Of a stretch of 14,035 nucleotides of DNA, positions 12,770-14,035 are shown in pieces. Position 1 is the first letter of the stretch; each line of letters opens with the position of its first letter. The position numbers and the translations under genes were made by a program. The stretch comes from a virus: the IMG/VR virus record IMGVR_UViG_3300005935_005627, positions 1 through 14,035 of that record. The stretch is one strand, 5' to 3'. Below the pieces are notes generated by a model. The model had not been told where the DNA came from. It made no database searches and saw nothing but the letters and a program-made list of their open reading frames with translations.

Positions 12770-13468
12770 ATGAATTTTGTATATTTAACAACAAATAAAT
12801 TAAATAGTAAACAATATGTGGGATCTCATAGAGGAAATTTAAATGATTCTTATTTAGGAAGTGGTTTATATTTATCTGAATCTATTAATTTACACGGTAA
12901 AGAAAATTTCAAAAGAAAAATACTGGAAATAACAAAAACAAGAAAAGAAGCTTTTGATTTAGAAGAATTTTATATTAAGAAATTTAATACTTTACGACCA
13001 AAAGGATATAATATAAGTCCTACTGGGGGAATGAACGAATGGGGTGGTATACATTCTGAAGAAACTAAAAGAATATTAAGTGAAAAAAGAAAAGGAAAGA
13101 CACCTTGGAATAAAGGAAAGAAAGGGATATATTCTAAAGAAACTTTAGAAAAAATGAGAATGAATTCAAATAATACTGGTAAATATAATCCAATGTTTGG
13201 GAAAAAGGGGGCAGATTCTCCAATATTTGGAATAAAGAAAACAAAGGAGCACATAAAAAAATTAAGCGAAAGTAAAATGGGCAATAAAAATCCAAACGCT
13301 AAAAAATATTTTATTCAAACACCAGATAATAAAGAATTTATAGTTAATTCTGCAACCGAATTCATAAATAATCATCCTGAATATAATGTGAATAAACATT
13401 TTATTTATTATCAATCAAAGAAAAATATTAAACAAGTACCTAATAAATGGTATATCAACTTAATGTAA
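12770..13468 (+). CDS. GIY-YIG homing endonuclease (Seg-like) with NUMOD3 repeats
   Basis: MNFVYLTTNKLNSKQYVGSHRGNLNDSYLGSGLYL...GYNISPTGG. Repeated HSEETKRILSEKRKGKTPWNKGKKG, GKYNPMFGKKG and GNKNPNAKK NUMOD3-type motifs. Confidence 0.8.
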   Translation: MNFVYLTTNKLNSKQYVGSHRGNLNDSYLGSGLYLSESINLHGKENFKRKILEITKTRKEAFDLEEFYIKKFNTLRPKGYNISPTGGMNEWGGIHSEETKRILSEKRKGKTPWNKGKKGIYSKETLEKMRMNSNNTGKYNPMFGKKGADSPIFGIKKTKEHIKKLSESKMGNKNPNAKKYFIQTPDNKEFIVNSATEFINNHPEYNVNKHFIYYQSKKNIKQVPNKWYINLM

Positions 13469-13469
13469 A

Positions 13470-13646
13470 ATGAAGAATTTACTAACTAACGGAGAGAAAA
13501 TATGGGTTGTATCTGTTTTATTATACATATTATGGGTATTTATAGGATTGAATAATAATATTTCTACACAATTGATACCTATATTAGGTTCGTTAGGGAT
13601 GATAGTATTTGTAGTAATTGCAAATATAATTAGAATTTTAATTTAA
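13470..13646 (+). CDS. Small hydrophobic membrane protein, about 58 aa (not in the ORF track)
   Basis: ATG 2 nt after the upstream stop. MKNLLTNGEKIWVVSVLLYILWVFIGLNNNISTQLIPILGSLGMIVFVVIANIIRILI contains two predicted transmembrane helices. Confidence 0.4.
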   Translation: MKNLLTNGEKIWVVSVLLYILWVFIGLNNNISTQLIPILGSLGMIVFVVIANIIRILI

Positions 13647-13652
13647 TGTAAA

Positions 13653-13823
13653 ATGAATAGAGAAAAAATAGAAAAATTAGCTGAGCTTTATTGCAAAAAT
13701 ACTCATGATGCTTATGTTGTTGCAACTGTTTGCGATGAAGTTATAGATAAATCTGGTGCTCTTCTTGGAAAAGTAAGAGCTAATGTGAGAGAGAAAAATA
13801 GAATAAAAAATGCCGCATCGTAA
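13653..13823 (+). CDS. Small hypothetical protein, about 56 aa (not in the ORF track)
   Basis: MNREKIEKLAELYCKNTHDAYVVATVCDEVIDKSGALLGKVRANVREKNRIKNAAS. Its 3' end overlaps the next gene by 14 nt. Confidence 0.35.
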   Translation: MNREKIEKLAELYCKNTHDAYVVATVCDEVIDKSGALLGKVRANVREKNRIKNAAS

Positions 13824-14035
13824 AAACATTAAGTACAAAGCGGAGTGGTATGCATGTAAGATGCATGGATTGACTGGCCAACAGTTTGACAACCACCCAT
13901 ATAAGTTTCATTTGAGTGGTGTAGCTGATGTAGGTAGAAGATTCATTCATCTCATTCCTAATGGAGATAGAGATACTGTATATGCTGGGTGTTGGAGTCA
14001 TGACCTAATTGAAGACGCCGGAGTAACTTATAATG
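13810..14035 (+). CDS. HD-domain hydrolase resembling a RelA/SpoT-type (p)ppGpp hydrolase (small alarmone hydrolase-like). The 5' part only; it continues past the window end.
   Basis: AEWYACKMHGLTGQQFDNHPYKFHLSGVADVGRRFIHLIPNGDRDTVYAGCWSHDLIEDAGVTYN vs remembered E. coli SpoT [59 protein letters not shown]. Shared pattern A.Y.A...H.GQ....PY..H...VA....D...HD.IED..TY. Confidence 0.55.
   Translation, partial: MPHRKNIKYKAEWYACKMHGLTGQQFDNHPYKFHLSGVADVGRRFIHLIPNGDRDTVYAGCWSHDLIEDAGVTYN

Noticed and set aside
6530-13892. Minus-strand track ORFs 6530..6766, 8382..8588, 9298..9567, 10878..11270, 12512..12712, 12970..13284, 13677..13892 and 13780..14001, and plus-strand ORFs 9770..9967 and 11089..11283
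   Set aside because: All are antisense to, or out of frame within, well-supported plus-strand genes (nadE, pncA, dCMP deaminase, the GIY-YIG gene and others). They have hydrophobic, low-complexity AT-rich translations. The whole region is otherwise unidirectional.

Overview
This window is AT-rich and very densely packed. About 33 short-to-medium ORFs almost all sit on the + strand, separated by hairpin-plus-T-run terminators that are followed directly by a recurring TTTTGTTATATTA-type motif. The content looks like an early or auxiliary region of a large virulent, T4-like phage or prophage. Genes start with MKK plus a lipobox and no Shine-Dalgarno, which points to a Bacteroidota-type host. Recognisable genes are listed below.
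- T4-like dCMP deaminase.
- NAD synthetase NadE.
- Nicotinamidase PncA.
- One HNH (Mob-like) and two GIY-YIG (Seg-like) homing endonucleases with NUMOD repeats.
- A PTH2-type peptidyl-tRNA hydrolase.
- A RelA/SpoT-like HD hydrolase, partial at the 3' edge.
- A secreted beta-barrel protein plus three lipoproteins.
- A 73-nt tRNA.

The most unusual items are listed below.
- An 805-aa full-length homolog of the eukaryotic major vault protein, transcribed as a single-gene unit.
- The tRNA has a CUA anticodon, which makes it an amber-suppressor type. None of roughly 33 genes ends in TAG: all use TAA or TGA.
- The PTH2 gene only gains its conserved N-terminus if translation starts at an ATG two codons upstream of an in-frame TAG. 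A diverged copy of the same ATG-NNN-TAG-ATT... N-terminus sits in frame in front of the HNH endonuclease, and a third ATG...TAG-ATT-AAT mini-ORF lies nearby.
- NadE and PncA form a partial NAD+ salvage set interleaved with homing endonucleases.
- A pair of 51-bp tandem repeats carrying 11-bp palindromic half-sites lies upstream of a small gene.

Everything here was read by eye from the sequence. Homologies are from remembered family sequences, not from searches.
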